DNA of 60,300 nucleotides, filler included, from Globobulimina sp. (lineage: Eukaryota), in assembly GCA_003354225.1 (NCBI GenBank). It is 14 parts of 14 records of this genome, joined end to end, with 100 filler letters (N's around TTAATTAATTAA, not from the genome) between each part and the next. Parts side by side here need not be neighbours in the genome. Positions count along the whole stretch, not along the records: positions 8,636 to 12,851 come from PIVH01001458.1; positions 12,952 to 17,166 come from PIVH01001459.1; positions 17,267 to 21,481 come from PIVH01001460.1; positions 21,582 to 25,796 come from PIVH01001461.1; 10 more parts are not named here. One strand, 5' to 3'. Numbering within the stretch: position 1 is the stretch's first letter; each line of letters opens with the position of its first letter. The notes under the pieces were generated by a model. It saw only the letters and a program-made list of their open reading frames with translations, was not told where the DNA came from and searched no databases. Made by a program: the position numbers and the translations under genes. Shown here in pieces: positions 11,986 to 23,331 of this stretch.

Positions 11986-12851
11986 ATGCAAACATTTTGC
12001 GATAATTTAATATTTATACATCCGTCAAAACACGCCATCCATGATACCATCAACGCATTGCGTACATCATTTGAATGTCCTCATTTTATTGAATTTGACA
12101 GTGCTATCAATCAATTTCGATTTAAATGTATTGATAAGCACCACATTGTATCTGTAACTAAATATATATCATTGCCACGTAAAAATCGCAGCAAACTCTC
12201 AGCCATTCAGCAACTGAAAAACCGTTATAATGATAGGAATATTATCAACATGAACAATGAAACAAAGTGTCCATTGGACGTACAAATAGAATGTGTGAAT
12301 GCACATAGTATAACCGATCCGAACTATGATTTTGAAATAACAATGCGACTCAACCCAGGTCACTATCAATTTTATGAAGAAGAGTTATTTAAACATATTC
12401 CAATCAATATATATGTTCGAGATTATGAAATGATGCGAAATCATTACGATCAGAAATTAAAGCATTTTATCCACGAAAATGACACATTTTTTCATTATCT
12501 GCGACATCTAAAACAGGAATCCAATGCAAAATTGATTGCAGAATGGACACTGAACCAATGTGAAACCGGTCCCATGAAGCAATTAAAACAAATGTTATGT
12601 CCGATTGCTGACCCTCAGCATAAGATATTTAGTGACGACATTTTCATTTTATGTGATACGCCAATTAATTGCAACATTGATGGGATTGTCATAACGCATG
12701 CCATCAATCCCCAAACTATCTGTGATTTTATATGTTTATCAATCCAATATTGTCTGCAGCAAAAATGTGAAACGTATGGAAACAATTATTATTTGACTGA
12801 AATTGAACGCTGTGTACTATCCATAATACTGTCATATTTTAATAGCAGTGA
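11986..12851 (+). CDS. Hypothetical protein (3' end at contig edge)
   Basis: Long open ORF in AT-rich DNA. No family recognised. Confidence 0.55.
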
Positions 12852-12951
12852 NNNNNNNNNNNNNNNNNNNNNNNNNNNNNNNNNNNNNNNNNNNNTTAAT
12901 TAATTAANNNNNNNNNNNNNNNNNNNNNNNNNNNNNNNNNNNNNNNNNNNN

Positions 12952-13455
12952 CGAATTATTGGCATTTTTCTCAAGATATTGCATGCATTGTTCAATCAAT
13001 GTGGCAGATTTTAATTGTACTGATTGATTTAAAAATGCACAGAAATTTTTAGTGTGAATGCATGTGCTAAAATATGCATCACATAGAGATAGTAATGATT
13101 TTATTTGATATTTATCGCAAATATATCTTACTGATAATACATTGTTTGGTGTTATTTTTGGATCGTTGTTATATGCAAAATTTAGTATACATTGGAAAGC
13201 GTCAGAATTAATGTCTTCAATGATAACATCAGCATTGAGTTGACTTTCTTTCATTTGACCAAATAGCATTGCTTCCCAAACCGGACTGATTGCGGCTAAA
13301 AAGACTCGATTTGCATTGAATTGTGTCTTTGTTTTACCAATTATGAACCGCACATCAGTGTACTTGTTTTGCTTTAGTATATTGGCGAACATATTGCGTT
13401 GTACTGATTGAATTTGTGTCGTGTATTCCATTTTGGTCTGTGTTGGTGACATCAT
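12952..13455 (-). CDS. BTB/POZ (BACK-type) domain protein, truncated
   Basis: YTDVRFIIG...NRVFLAAISPVWEAMLFGQMKES...IEDI...F..IL.FAY...DKYQI..L...C. Confidence 0.9.
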
Positions 13456-13500
13456 TTGGTGAGTAGTTCACTTTAATATTTCATTAAAAACCTCATCATC

Positions 13501-15216
13501 ATGTTAACTAAAGATCACTCACATCCTTATTTCAAACTACTACCACCTTTACTCATCGGTTTAGCTGTGGCTGTATATGCAATAATACACCTGACACAAC
13601 CCGATGTATTGGGAGTTCCATTGCATTACGTTACACATCAATCAAACCATACAACATTTGCATCTCCGCAAGACATACACCAAATATCTCCGTCAATAAG
13701 CGACAACAATTCCGACACAAAAACACCATCACCAACTACAATAACACTCAAAACCGAAAACATTTCAGTGTGGCAAAACATATCCTACCATATACATAAC
13801 AAATACATCTATCTGCCAGAATATCATTTGCAAGCACTAAACAGCGACATATTAAATGCAAACCCTTTGAAAAACACAGCAAGAGACGAACAAATCAGGG
13901 CAATCACAGGAAACAACCAACACATAGCAAAGGATAAAGAATATGCCAGTTACATCTCATTATTCATGCAACAATCATCAATCTACAAAAATGTCTCATG
14001 GTATAAAGATTTACCAAAATATAAATTGCAATTACAATGTATAACATTGCGTGCTGACCAACCATTTGTGTCCTATCCCATCAACAAACGTTTTATGTTA
14101 TATCCACAGTTAAAACTGATAGAATATCTGACCTGTAATGCTCCGCAAGGTTATGGCAACGGATTATCAGTGTATTGGGGCGTGCGGTCCTTAGCATATT
14201 GGATGAATTATCATTTTAAAATCAATTGTAAAGCATACCAACAACATGCAGAGCAAAATAAAAATAAATTAATGTCTGCATTTCTGCCATCCGATATTGC
14301 CTCCAATGCACATATAAATATGCCGCAACATAAAGTAGTAACTTTTGTGCCGGCAATAGACCCAGTTCCAGAGCAACACGATGCGATCCATCCAACTTCA
14401 TTGATATTCATGTATTACAATCCCTATTTTCAGCACATAATGAACTATGAAACAATGCGAGCTTTTATGGATTATTATAAGTACATTGACGGAGGTGAAA
14501 AACGCATGGATTTGATTGATCAAATGAGCAAAACGCATGATATTGTGATCCATATTCGATGTGGCGATGTGTTGACACTTATGCATCAAGTCAATGACTG
14601 GGAGTATGGCTTTTTGACCATGGCACATTACAGATATGTGATGGACATTGCATTGCAGAAACGGTTTGGCATTGATTGGTATGCGCGCATTACAAATAAA
14701 ACCACTGTTTGGGTCTTATCACAGTTAACAAATAAGTCTGCGCGGAAAGTGGAACTGCAAAGTATGACGGATTGCGAGTTTTTGATCAAATATATTGTGG
14801 AGAATGGACTGAAGCACATTTTTAAAGCGGCGACTGTTCAAATAATGTATGATTCGGATGTGAATGACGATTTTTATCGGATGTTAACGGCGCCGTTGTT
14901 ATTTTGCTCGCCGTCGACGTATTGTTTTAATGCGGCGATGGCGAATATGAATGGAATCGTTGTCATACCAAATCGAGGAGCGTGGGTTGATTTTTTTAAT
15001 ATTGATCCAAAAAATAAAAATGACAATTATTCCGAGGATAAAACACAAGATTTTATTGTTGCGAGTAATTCAGATTTAATTCCAAAGAATCAATTAATTG
15101 TTGATACTGAAAAAAATGGATGGCATTGCAATAAAATTGATAATTATGACAATAAACAATCATATAAACAAACTTTGTATGCTCACAAATTAGCAGAATA
15201 TCTCATTGCACACTGA
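13501..15216 (+). CDS. Type II membrane protein, putative GT-B glycosyltransferase (fucosyltransferase-like)
   Basis: N-terminal TM, then a Ser/Thr stem, G.GN, IVIHIRCGD, DF..M and STY motifs resembling GT11/O-FucT. Confidence 0.6.
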   Translation: MLTKDHSHPYFKLLPPLLIGLAVAVYAIIHLTQPDVLGVPLHYVTHQSNHTTFASPQDIHQISPSISDNNSDTKTPSPTTITLKTENISVWQNISYHIHNKYIYLPEYHLQALNSDILNANPLKNTARDEQIRAITGNNQHIAKDKEYASYISLFMQQSSIYKNVSWYKDLPKYKLQLQCITLRADQPFVSYPINKRFMLYPQLKLIEYLTCNAPQGYGNGLSVYWGVRSLAYWMNYHFKINCKAYQQHAEQNKNKLMSAFLPSDIASNAHINMPQHKVVTFVPAIDPVPEQHDAIHPTSLIFMYYNPYFQHIMNYETMRAFMDYYKYIDGGEKRMDLIDQMSKTHDIVIHIRCGDVLTLMHQVNDWEYGFLTMAHYRYVMDIALQKRFGIDWYARITNKTTVWVLSQLTNKSARKVELQSMTDCEFLIKYIVENGLKHIFKAATVQIMYDSDVNDDFYRMLTAPLLFCSPSTYCFNAAMANMNGIVVIPNRGAWVDFFNIDPKNKNDNYSEDKTQDFIVASNSDLIPKNQLIVDTEKNGWHCNKIDNYDNKQSYKQTLYAHKLAEYLIAH

Positions 15217-15324
15217 ACATATCTTTGGATGTTTTGTGATTATTTAATAATTATTAAAGTTTTTTTTTATTTAAAAAACTGTCAACGTTGCCGGTTTGTG
15301 CAATGCCTTTGAAATAATTTGAAT

Positions 15325-16008
15325 ATGCAAAATATTAAATGTGTTGTGATTGGAGATGATGGGGTAGGCAAGACATGCATGTTGATTTCATACACCACCA
15401 ATGCATTCCCCACCGACTACATTCCCACGGTATTTGATAATTATTCACCTGGATATAATATGCATTGGCCCGTTCAACTGGGATTATGGGACACTGCAGG
15501 AAAAGAGGACTATAATGATTTGAGACCATTGTCATATCCTAATACAGATATTATGTTAATCATATATGCCATGGACGATATCCACTCCTTCAACAATATT
15601 GAAACAAAATGGATCCCTGAAATCCGTCAATATGCTCCAAAAAATTGTCCATTTATTATAGTTGGAAATAAAAATGATTTAAGAGATAAAATATATGAAT
15701 ATCCGTTTTTATATATTGGAAAGAAAAAGAAAATATTGACTGTATATGGGTTTGTTAACAATTATAAATCATCAAACCATTGCATACCATCTGATATTAT
15801 AGATTTATTGATGTCATATTTGCCGATACGTAAACAATTTGTAGATTTTAAAAGTGCAGAGCAGTTATCAAGAAAATATGGTGCTGAAAGATGTATGGAA
15901 TGCAGTGCTTTGACACAGAACAATCTCAAATCCGTTTTTGATGAAGCAATAAGATACGGTCTAAGTAAAAAACATCCTAAAAAGAAAAAACATTGCAGCG
16001 TTATGTAG
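15325..16008 (+). CDS. Rho/Rac-family small GTPase, atypical
   Basis: MQNIKCVVIGDDGVGKT, YIPTVFDNY, LWDTAG, LRPLSYP, GNKND, ECSALT, polybasic tail and CAAX (CSVM). Confidence 0.93.
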   Translation: MQNIKCVVIGDDGVGKTCMLISYTTNAFPTDYIPTVFDNYSPGYNMHWPVQLGLWDTAGKEDYNDLRPLSYPNTDIMLIIYAMDDIHSFNNIETKWIPEIRQYAPKNCPFIIVGNKNDLRDKIYEYPFLYIGKKKKILTVYGFVNNYKSSNHCIPSDIIDLLMSYLPIRKQFVDFKSAEQLSRKYGAERCMECSALTQNNLKSVFDEAIRYGLSKKHPKKKKHCSVM

Positions 16009-16211
16009 ATAATAGCAGCTTCGATCTTGTTGTCTCCAAATATTTTTTCAAAGTTCGGCAAAAGGCACTCTTTTAGAGCATATAACGAAGTATAAACTAC
16101 AAATAAAGAGAACAGAACACAATGAAAAAAAAAGTGGAATCTGGTTACATTGGTTTAAAAAAAGACACTGTATATTATGGTACATTGATGGATGGGATTA
16201 CTGTATACAAT

Positions 16212-17166
16212 TCAAATAAATTCCGGTTGTTTTTGTGGCTGTGACTGTTCATTTACAGAATCATACGCAATCCGTTCATTACTTATATTATTATACACTG
16301 CCATCTGTTCCGAATCATACATACTAAGAAATCCCAGCTGATCAATATTTGAATTGGCATCACTTCTATCATTCATATCATCCGTTGTGTAAATATCACT
16401 GTGCTGCACATTATTATTACCAATATTATGTACACCATTCATATCAGTCAGGATATCATCATCATGCACTATTATTGCCTCATTATTAATATTAGCGCAG
16501 GCTACATCATCGTGAATATTCTGACTAATATTATCAAAGACAACATCATATGCATTGATATCATCGCTATTTGAGATGCTTGGCTGTAAATCATTGTTGT
16601 TTAACTCACTCAATTCGATACAATCCATGCTATGTTTCAATGTTTTCAATTCATTCAAGTCGTTATTAGCTCCAATCAGCACACTAACATTTGGGTTGAA
16701 TAACTTATTTCGAATCCTCTGTAACTTGGACAAGTTTTTATTTCTATTTTTTCTATTTTTTATAGAAACGCCGTGCTGCGATAACACCGACAGAGTCACA
16801 TTTGAATTAAATTGCACTTGCGTTTGATTCAACATTTTCCGATTTTCGTTGCCTCGCTGCGCAAAACGTATCAATCGAATTGCTTGCATTCCATAACGAA
16901 TCCCAACAATTATTGCATCCATATAATTGCCAACCGAATAATGTGAATGTGGCGCATCTGAGACGGAGGCAAATATTATATATAATAAGACGCACAATAT
17001 GCAAACAATGAAATCCATTCTATTCCAACACGAGGACCAATATTTAGTCCATTCTTCCGTTATAATTTGAACTGAGACCTCGCCCATAAACATCAAAGTG
17101 ATTATTCCTTCCAAAATGATACAGATTTTACGATCTCCGCCGTCGGAGACTTCCTATATAATTACA
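16212..17166 (-). CDS. Ion-transport/voltage-sensor-like membrane protein, 5'-truncated
   Basis: E...Q..Y.SS.WNRMDFIV helix pattern, an Arg-spaced helix (IRYGMQAIRLIRF) and a long low-complexity tail. Confidence 0.6.
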
Positions 17167-17266
17167 NNNNNNNNNNNNNNNNNNNNNNNNNNNNNNNNNN
17201 NNNNNNNNNNTTAATTAATTAANNNNNNNNNNNNNNNNNNNNNNNNNNNNNNNNNNNNNNNNNNNN

Positions 17267-17385
17267 TTCTAAATACAAATGGATATATGCCACAAACACA
17301 GTGCGAGGATAGAAAAATAGAATATATGATCCCACAAACAAATGTACAGTTTTTTCTAAATACCATTACAGAACACACCAACAAT
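17267..17385. repeat. 119-nt terminal direct repeat of contig 5 (copy at 21363-21481)
   Basis: The first and last 119 nt of the contig are identical. Confidence 0.95.
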
Positions 17386-17485
17386 CAAACATAAAAATGG
17401 TAAAAGAAAAAAACATGGAAACAAGGAAAAACATAAATTATATTGAAAAAAAAAGATCACAATTATACATTTCAAAATTCATCCT

Positions 17486-19157
17486 TTAAAAACATTTCAT
17501 CTCTACAATTTCTTGCTCCACAATTTCTTTTAACTCTACAATTTCTTGCTCCAATCGAATAATTTTTAACTCATTCTTTAAATTAATTAAATCTTTTGAT
17601 CTTTGTTTGGTAACAAACATTAAAACACAATCAATATCACCATCACAATTATCCGTAACATTAACACTCCCATCCCCTCGAATTACAATATATCCCCCTG
17701 CAAAATGCACGGATTCCAACCGCACTGCTTGGAAATTATCATTCTGTGCTTCAACCAATGTCACTGAAAACAATGTATATTTCCCTCCAGAACCACCTGC
17801 ACTGACTTTGTTATCCATTATCCGTAAATATTTCCCACTCAATTTATTCATTAACTTAACTAAAATCATTCCATTCCCCTCTCTCTCATCTTTTATTCGT
17901 TGTAATTTCCATATTCCACCCTCGCTTTTAATTTCATTTTTGCTAATAACATCATCGCTAAATTTACTTTTTAATTGCATATACGCGTCATAATAATACA
18001 CATGTTTTATAATTACATCATCATCAACAAATAATACATCATCTTCAAAATCATAAATCGTACCAAACTCTCTCTGTATGTGTACATTGTTATATTATAC
18101 CGTGTATATTGCAGAAAATTACATAAATTATAACACTTAACAAGGATATGTTGATTTTGTTGCACCGCGTTATCGTTTACATATTCTATGACAAATTTGG
18201 AATCAATGGCATGCTCCAATGCTTGTGATAAAAATACATTTGGTGTCTTATCAGATTCTAAACTCACCGAAAACATTTCATTTGAATGTGGGAATGGATA
18301 TAAATTATGCAATCGTAATTAAGTCCACTTACCGCCATTACCATTGCCATCGACTTTGTTGTTACGAATTCTTAAATATTTTTGAGTGAATTTATTTTTT
18401 AATTTGATAGCATCGGCATGAATCTCTAAATACCATATTGCTAAATTATCATTTGTAGATTTCGGAGAAACGCTAACCAATATCGCATGCATATGATTTG
18501 CGTCAGAAACATCCACTGATAAATATTTGCCATCATTGATCATATACACATAACCTGCTCTTAATGGATCTGTTATCGATTCATTGTTATGACGTTTATT
18601 ATGATTATTATGATTATGATGATGACGATGATTATGATGATTGCGATTATGATGATTATGATTATGATGATGATGGTGTATGGATATAATAATTGGAATT
18701 ATAATAATAATGATGCACCAGATGAAAAGCATAAATTTGCTACAAACCATATCGAATGATACGTCTTTACAAAATTTGCAAAAATCTTTAATTATTTCAT
18801 CCACGGTTTCGTTCAAGTTACAGAAATATGAATTAATATTATTATTATTATTAGCTTCCACTGGTTCTGGTTCACCATCTTGTTCTTCTTCACTTTCTGG
18901 TTCATTTTCTGCTTCATTTTCTGCTTCATTTCCAGATTCATTTTGTAATAATTGCTGTGGAAATATTATACATCGATCAGAAGCATGCATATTATTTAAA
19001 ATGTTATATTTATTTTAACTTCAAGAGTGCGAACAACATTTCCCTCATTTTCTTCTAAATACTGCACAGCTTCGTTTCCATTAAAGCCCATATTTTCAAG
19101 TTGCTCAATTTCCGACTGATACTCTGAGTTCACTCTTAACGGATATAACGCTGACAT
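17486..19157 (-). CDS. Multi-exon gene: UBA domain, acidic linker, TM, His/Asn tract, fascin-like beta-trefoil repeats
   Basis: EIEQLENMGF...L....GNV UBA signature. Two similar modules, KLKNKFTQKYLRI...GNGGKWT and KLMNKLSGKYLRI...GSGGKYT. Pieces are split by introns and/or stops, so the exon structure is uncertain. Confidence 0.55.
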
Positions 19158-19200
19158 GCTGCACAGATGGTGATAGGGGAAGGTACTACGTAGTAAAAAC

Positions 19201-20120
19201 TTAATCGGTCTGCATGTCATTCGGACTCATATCAATGTCTTGTTCAAGTTGAAATACTTGATTACGATAGGTTTGCTCATCAATAATCGGTGATGGTATC
19301 AGCCAATCATCACTCTTAACACACACAATACCTTTCCATGCTGTTTTATTCCGTAGTTCATGCGATTCAACAATTGATGTTTCCACATCTTTTTGCAGAA
19401 TTTTATATGTTTTTTCTGTTTCAGATATAAACTGTATCAATTTTAGTGATGCCAGCTTTGCATTGTTTGGATGTAATTTAATATACATTCTATAGATATT
19501 AAAAGATCTTTTGATGACATCCTCTTCGTAATCAAATAAATCATCACCAATCTCAATAATTAATTCATGTGATCTTAAAAACAACAAATGTTTCTCATTG
19601 TATTTTGCTTTACGCATTTTATATAAAACCAAATTCATCAAACGGTAATCAAACGATTTCAATGCAATACATTTTTGAATCAACTCTTCATTAATAACAT
19701 CATTGTGTATTTCCCAATTTTTATCATTGCATAAAAAAGTTTCCAATTTCCAATATAATAAACCATCTTTGATTTCAGTTTCTATTTTATTGTCATAACA
19801 ATTATGTTTTTTGAGGAAAAATATTAAAATCCTAAATGCTTTGTTAGTATTTGTCATGTCAGTAAATTCTTTGTTTGTTATTTCAGATAAAAATGTTTGG
19901 TCAATGTTTTTTGATTTATGTTCATCATCATTTTCCATGGTATGGTCAATTTGTTGTTCATTAATTTCATCCATGGCATAAATGATGCATTCAATATAGA
20001 TCAAAACATCCATAAATTTAAAAAAATCCAAAGGACCCAACCCGTGATAATAAAAGTATGATTTTGCAAAATCTTCCAATGTTGACCGTGCTTTTTGCAA
20101 TGCATGGAACGAGATAATCT
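19201..20120 (-). CDS. Conserved uncharacterised helical domain, isoprenoid-synthase-fold-like; in frame with the upstream GS C-terminus
   Basis: LEDFAKSYFYYHGL, IYAMDE.NE, KSFDYR and EIGDDLFDYEEDV...SFN, which includes a DDxxD-type acidic motif. Confidence 0.55.
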
Positions 20121-21339
20121 TTTCCAGTTTTGGGGGTAGAATTTTGTTTTGTATCCCATCCAATCCACGACACACAATAGATGCAATAACCAAATATGGA
20201 TTAGCCAATGAAGATGGTAAACGAACTTCAAAATACGTATTATCAACATTTATTTCAGCACGAATTAAACCCAAACGACTTGAAATCGACCAGCAACTAT
20301 TTGATGATGTAAATGTAGAATCAAATTTTTTATAACAACAATCAGTTGGACAACAAAAAACTGTTATTCCTTGAATGTGGTTTAAAATTCCACCAATAAA
20401 ATATTGCCCAACAGTTGATAACTTATAACTACCTTTGGGATCAAATAAAATATTGATCTCTTTTTTAACATTCCATAATGAAAAATTAAAATGTAATGAA
20501 TTAGCATCTTCAATTAAATCGTTTAATAAATAATAATGGTATATAAGTTATAATTTTACCATCTTTTCTCGCCATTGAATATAAGCATCATCGGCACTGT
20601 AAATATTCCATTTCGGCATTGGTGTAATCTCATACTGTGCCAAAGTAAATTCACCATGGATCCTCTGACAATCAATGCCCATTTTGAACAAATGTTTTTC
20701 TACAATATCTGTGAAAAAAGTCTGGTGAACTTCAATTTTATTGAAACCATAACCACAACTTTTAACATCTTTTGTTGCAATATTTCCATCCTTATCTAAT
20801 AAACTAAATTCATGCTCAAATGAAGAATATAGATTCATGCCAAAGGTATTTTGAAGTTTGCTTAATTGTTTCAAACAAACAGTTCTAGCGTCACAAGGAT
20901 ATACTGCATCATATCGAGTTTCTTGATAAATCATAATTGAAGCTGTATTATGTAACCAAGGCACAACTTTATATGTATCATAATAGGGAAAACACAATGC
21001 ATTTCCGAATCCTGTTTTAATCAATGCGTCGGTGCATATCGTATTGTTGATAGTGTTGATATTGATCCACGTTGTGACATGAATTCCATTTTTTTAAAAG
21101 TTTTCACAATTTCTTAATGGGACCAAATAACCATAAGATTGAGTGGATATATTGCATTGTTCGAATCGTAAATATTCTATTTTATCGTCTTTCATCTTTG
21201 CAATCAATTCATTTGCGACGTTAACTAATAAGTCCATTGATTTTTCATCATGTTTATCCCCGATTGGCTTTATGTCGACTAATGTTGATTGTAAATTCTG
21301 CTCCGTTTCTGATAAGTTCAGACGTAAACAAGCTCCCAT
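20121..21339 (-). pseudogene. Glutamine synthetase-like (GSI/lengsin-type) disrupted gene
   Basis: YLRFEQ, VVPW, SFEHEF, HGEF..AQYEI, SADD, SLHFNFSLW, FIGGIL.H and YFEVRLPSS.ANPYL motifs. In-frame TAA at 21094-21096 and frameshifts near 20530-20580. Confidence 0.8.
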
Positions 21340-21705
21340 GATCTATCCTCGCACACAGTTTTTTCTAAATACAAATGGATATATGCCACAAACACAGTGC
21401 GAGGATAGAAAAATAGAATATATGATCCCACAAACAAATGTACAGTTTTTTCTAAATACCATTACAGAACACACCAACAATNNNNNNNNNNNNNNNNNNN
21501 NNNNNNNNNNNNNNNNNNNNNNNNNTTAATTAATTAANNNNNNNNNNNNNNNNNNNNNNNNNNNNNNNNNNNNNNNNNNNNTTTTGTGTTTTGTATTTAA
21601 TAATTAAATTCTTCAATGAGATTATTGCTAAATTAATAAATGCGCGCTTCAAGCGATTATTTAACATTATGTCAAAAAAGTGTACAGTAATATTTATGTC
21701 ACAGT

Positions 21706-23276
21706 TTGAGAAAATGGTTCAAGAATACTAAAATACAATTGATTAAAAAAAACTTTACTTTGCATGTCACAATGACTGATTTACCCACTAGCTATAGAAA
21801 CCAACTTGCTATACAAACAAATAAATTATCTGCACGCAAAGGAAACCAACGTGACGACAGTGACGAAAAATCATACCATTATGCGAAACAACAGAAACAG
21901 CCTATGAAAAACATAAAAACATTATCATTTAACTTGTCGCAAATTGATGATAAATATATTGCTGAAACCCAAAAAATATATTTAGCGCAGTGCCCATCAT
22001 TAAAATATGACAATGCCAAACAATTATCATTATTTATATTATTATCAATTCAACGTAAAAATAGTAATTATCCAATACTGTTATATTTGATTGATTGTTA
22101 TTTGCGTGACAGATTAAAATATTTCACCTCAACCAAAAAACTTCTAAACCTAACAATATGGTGCAATAAATATAAAACAATAAAAAAACTATTACAAAAT
22201 GAAGCAAATACAGCCCAACAAACCAAATTAGAAAATGTAATAATATCAGCAATGGAGACGTACAGCAGTCGATATTGCACACCAATGATATTACCGACAA
22301 GCGACAAAATAAATGATAGCATGCAAAGATTCATTGGTTGTCTCCATGAACTTGGTTCATTAATATCGACCATAAAAAATAATCCAGTCCAAATATTACC
22401 ATTTCAGGTTTATATAATACTTTATATGTTAACTTACTTATCCTTGCACTGCGAAAGTGTTTTTGTATATAGATTGATTTATTAATTATACCGCAGGATG
22501 TGATTGATATTACTAATGGAACTGATAGTGATTCGGAGGAAGAGTCAGATTCAGATAACGATTCAGAGGAAGATTCAGATTCAGATTCAGATTCAGACAG
22601 CGATAACAAAGAAGAGGATACAAATAAGAAATGTATTGGAGATATTAAATTGCGATTGGAAAGTAATAATATATTATATGCACATGAAAAAGATCCAGAT
22701 GTTACAATGAAGAGAGAATTTATAAAATTATACCAGAAATATCAAGCATTTGATACAAAAAAAAAATATCAAGCATTTGAATTTGATAATTTAGGTACAG
22801 ATTTACAGAGAATCCCACATCGTAAGAGATTATGTGTTGTGGTGGATAGAAGGCCACAAAAAAAAGGAGAAGAGAAGAATGAAATATATTTATTTGAGCC
22901 GCCGGCGCCGTATAATAAGATACCAAGTGATCATGTGAGAGAATGGTATATCGAGTCTTCATATCAATGTATTATACCAGGAACAGCGAGGAATGAAAAT
23001 ATTAAATCAAAGTCGTCCTTGGATGGATGGATAAATGTATTCTCATTTCATGTGGAACAGGCGGACGAAATAAGGTGTTATTTTTATAGAAGTGGGCAGT
23101 TTTTAAGGTTTATGCCGAGCGATATCGTGGATTTATTTCCTCATTTGTTCCATCTGAAAGCATTTAAAAATGCTGAATTTATTGAAGCAGAGAGATGTTA
23201 CAATGTTGAGATAAATAGAATGAAAAAATCATGGGAAGACATTCATTTTCAGCTTTTTAGGAAACTATTGAGTTAA
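21706..23276 (+). CDS. Lineage-specific hypothetical protein (two exons, intron ~22408-22496)
   Basis: CAG|GT...CAG| join and a D/S/E acidic tract. Homologous to 40474-42117. Confidence 0.6.
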
Positions 23277-23331
23277 ACAAAAAAAATGACAACAGCATAT
23301 ATTTATAGTTATATATTGTTTGATACTAAAA

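Noticed and set aside
21094..21096. In-frame TAA suggesting an alternative genetic code
   Set aside because: Other genes end normally at TAA, and the same gene has frameshifts. A TTA-to-TAA change or an error next to homopolymers is simpler.
17267..21481. Circular contigs as CRESS viruses or plasmids
   Set aside because: No Rep, capsid or replication gene is recognisable. The content is ordinary intron-containing host genes.
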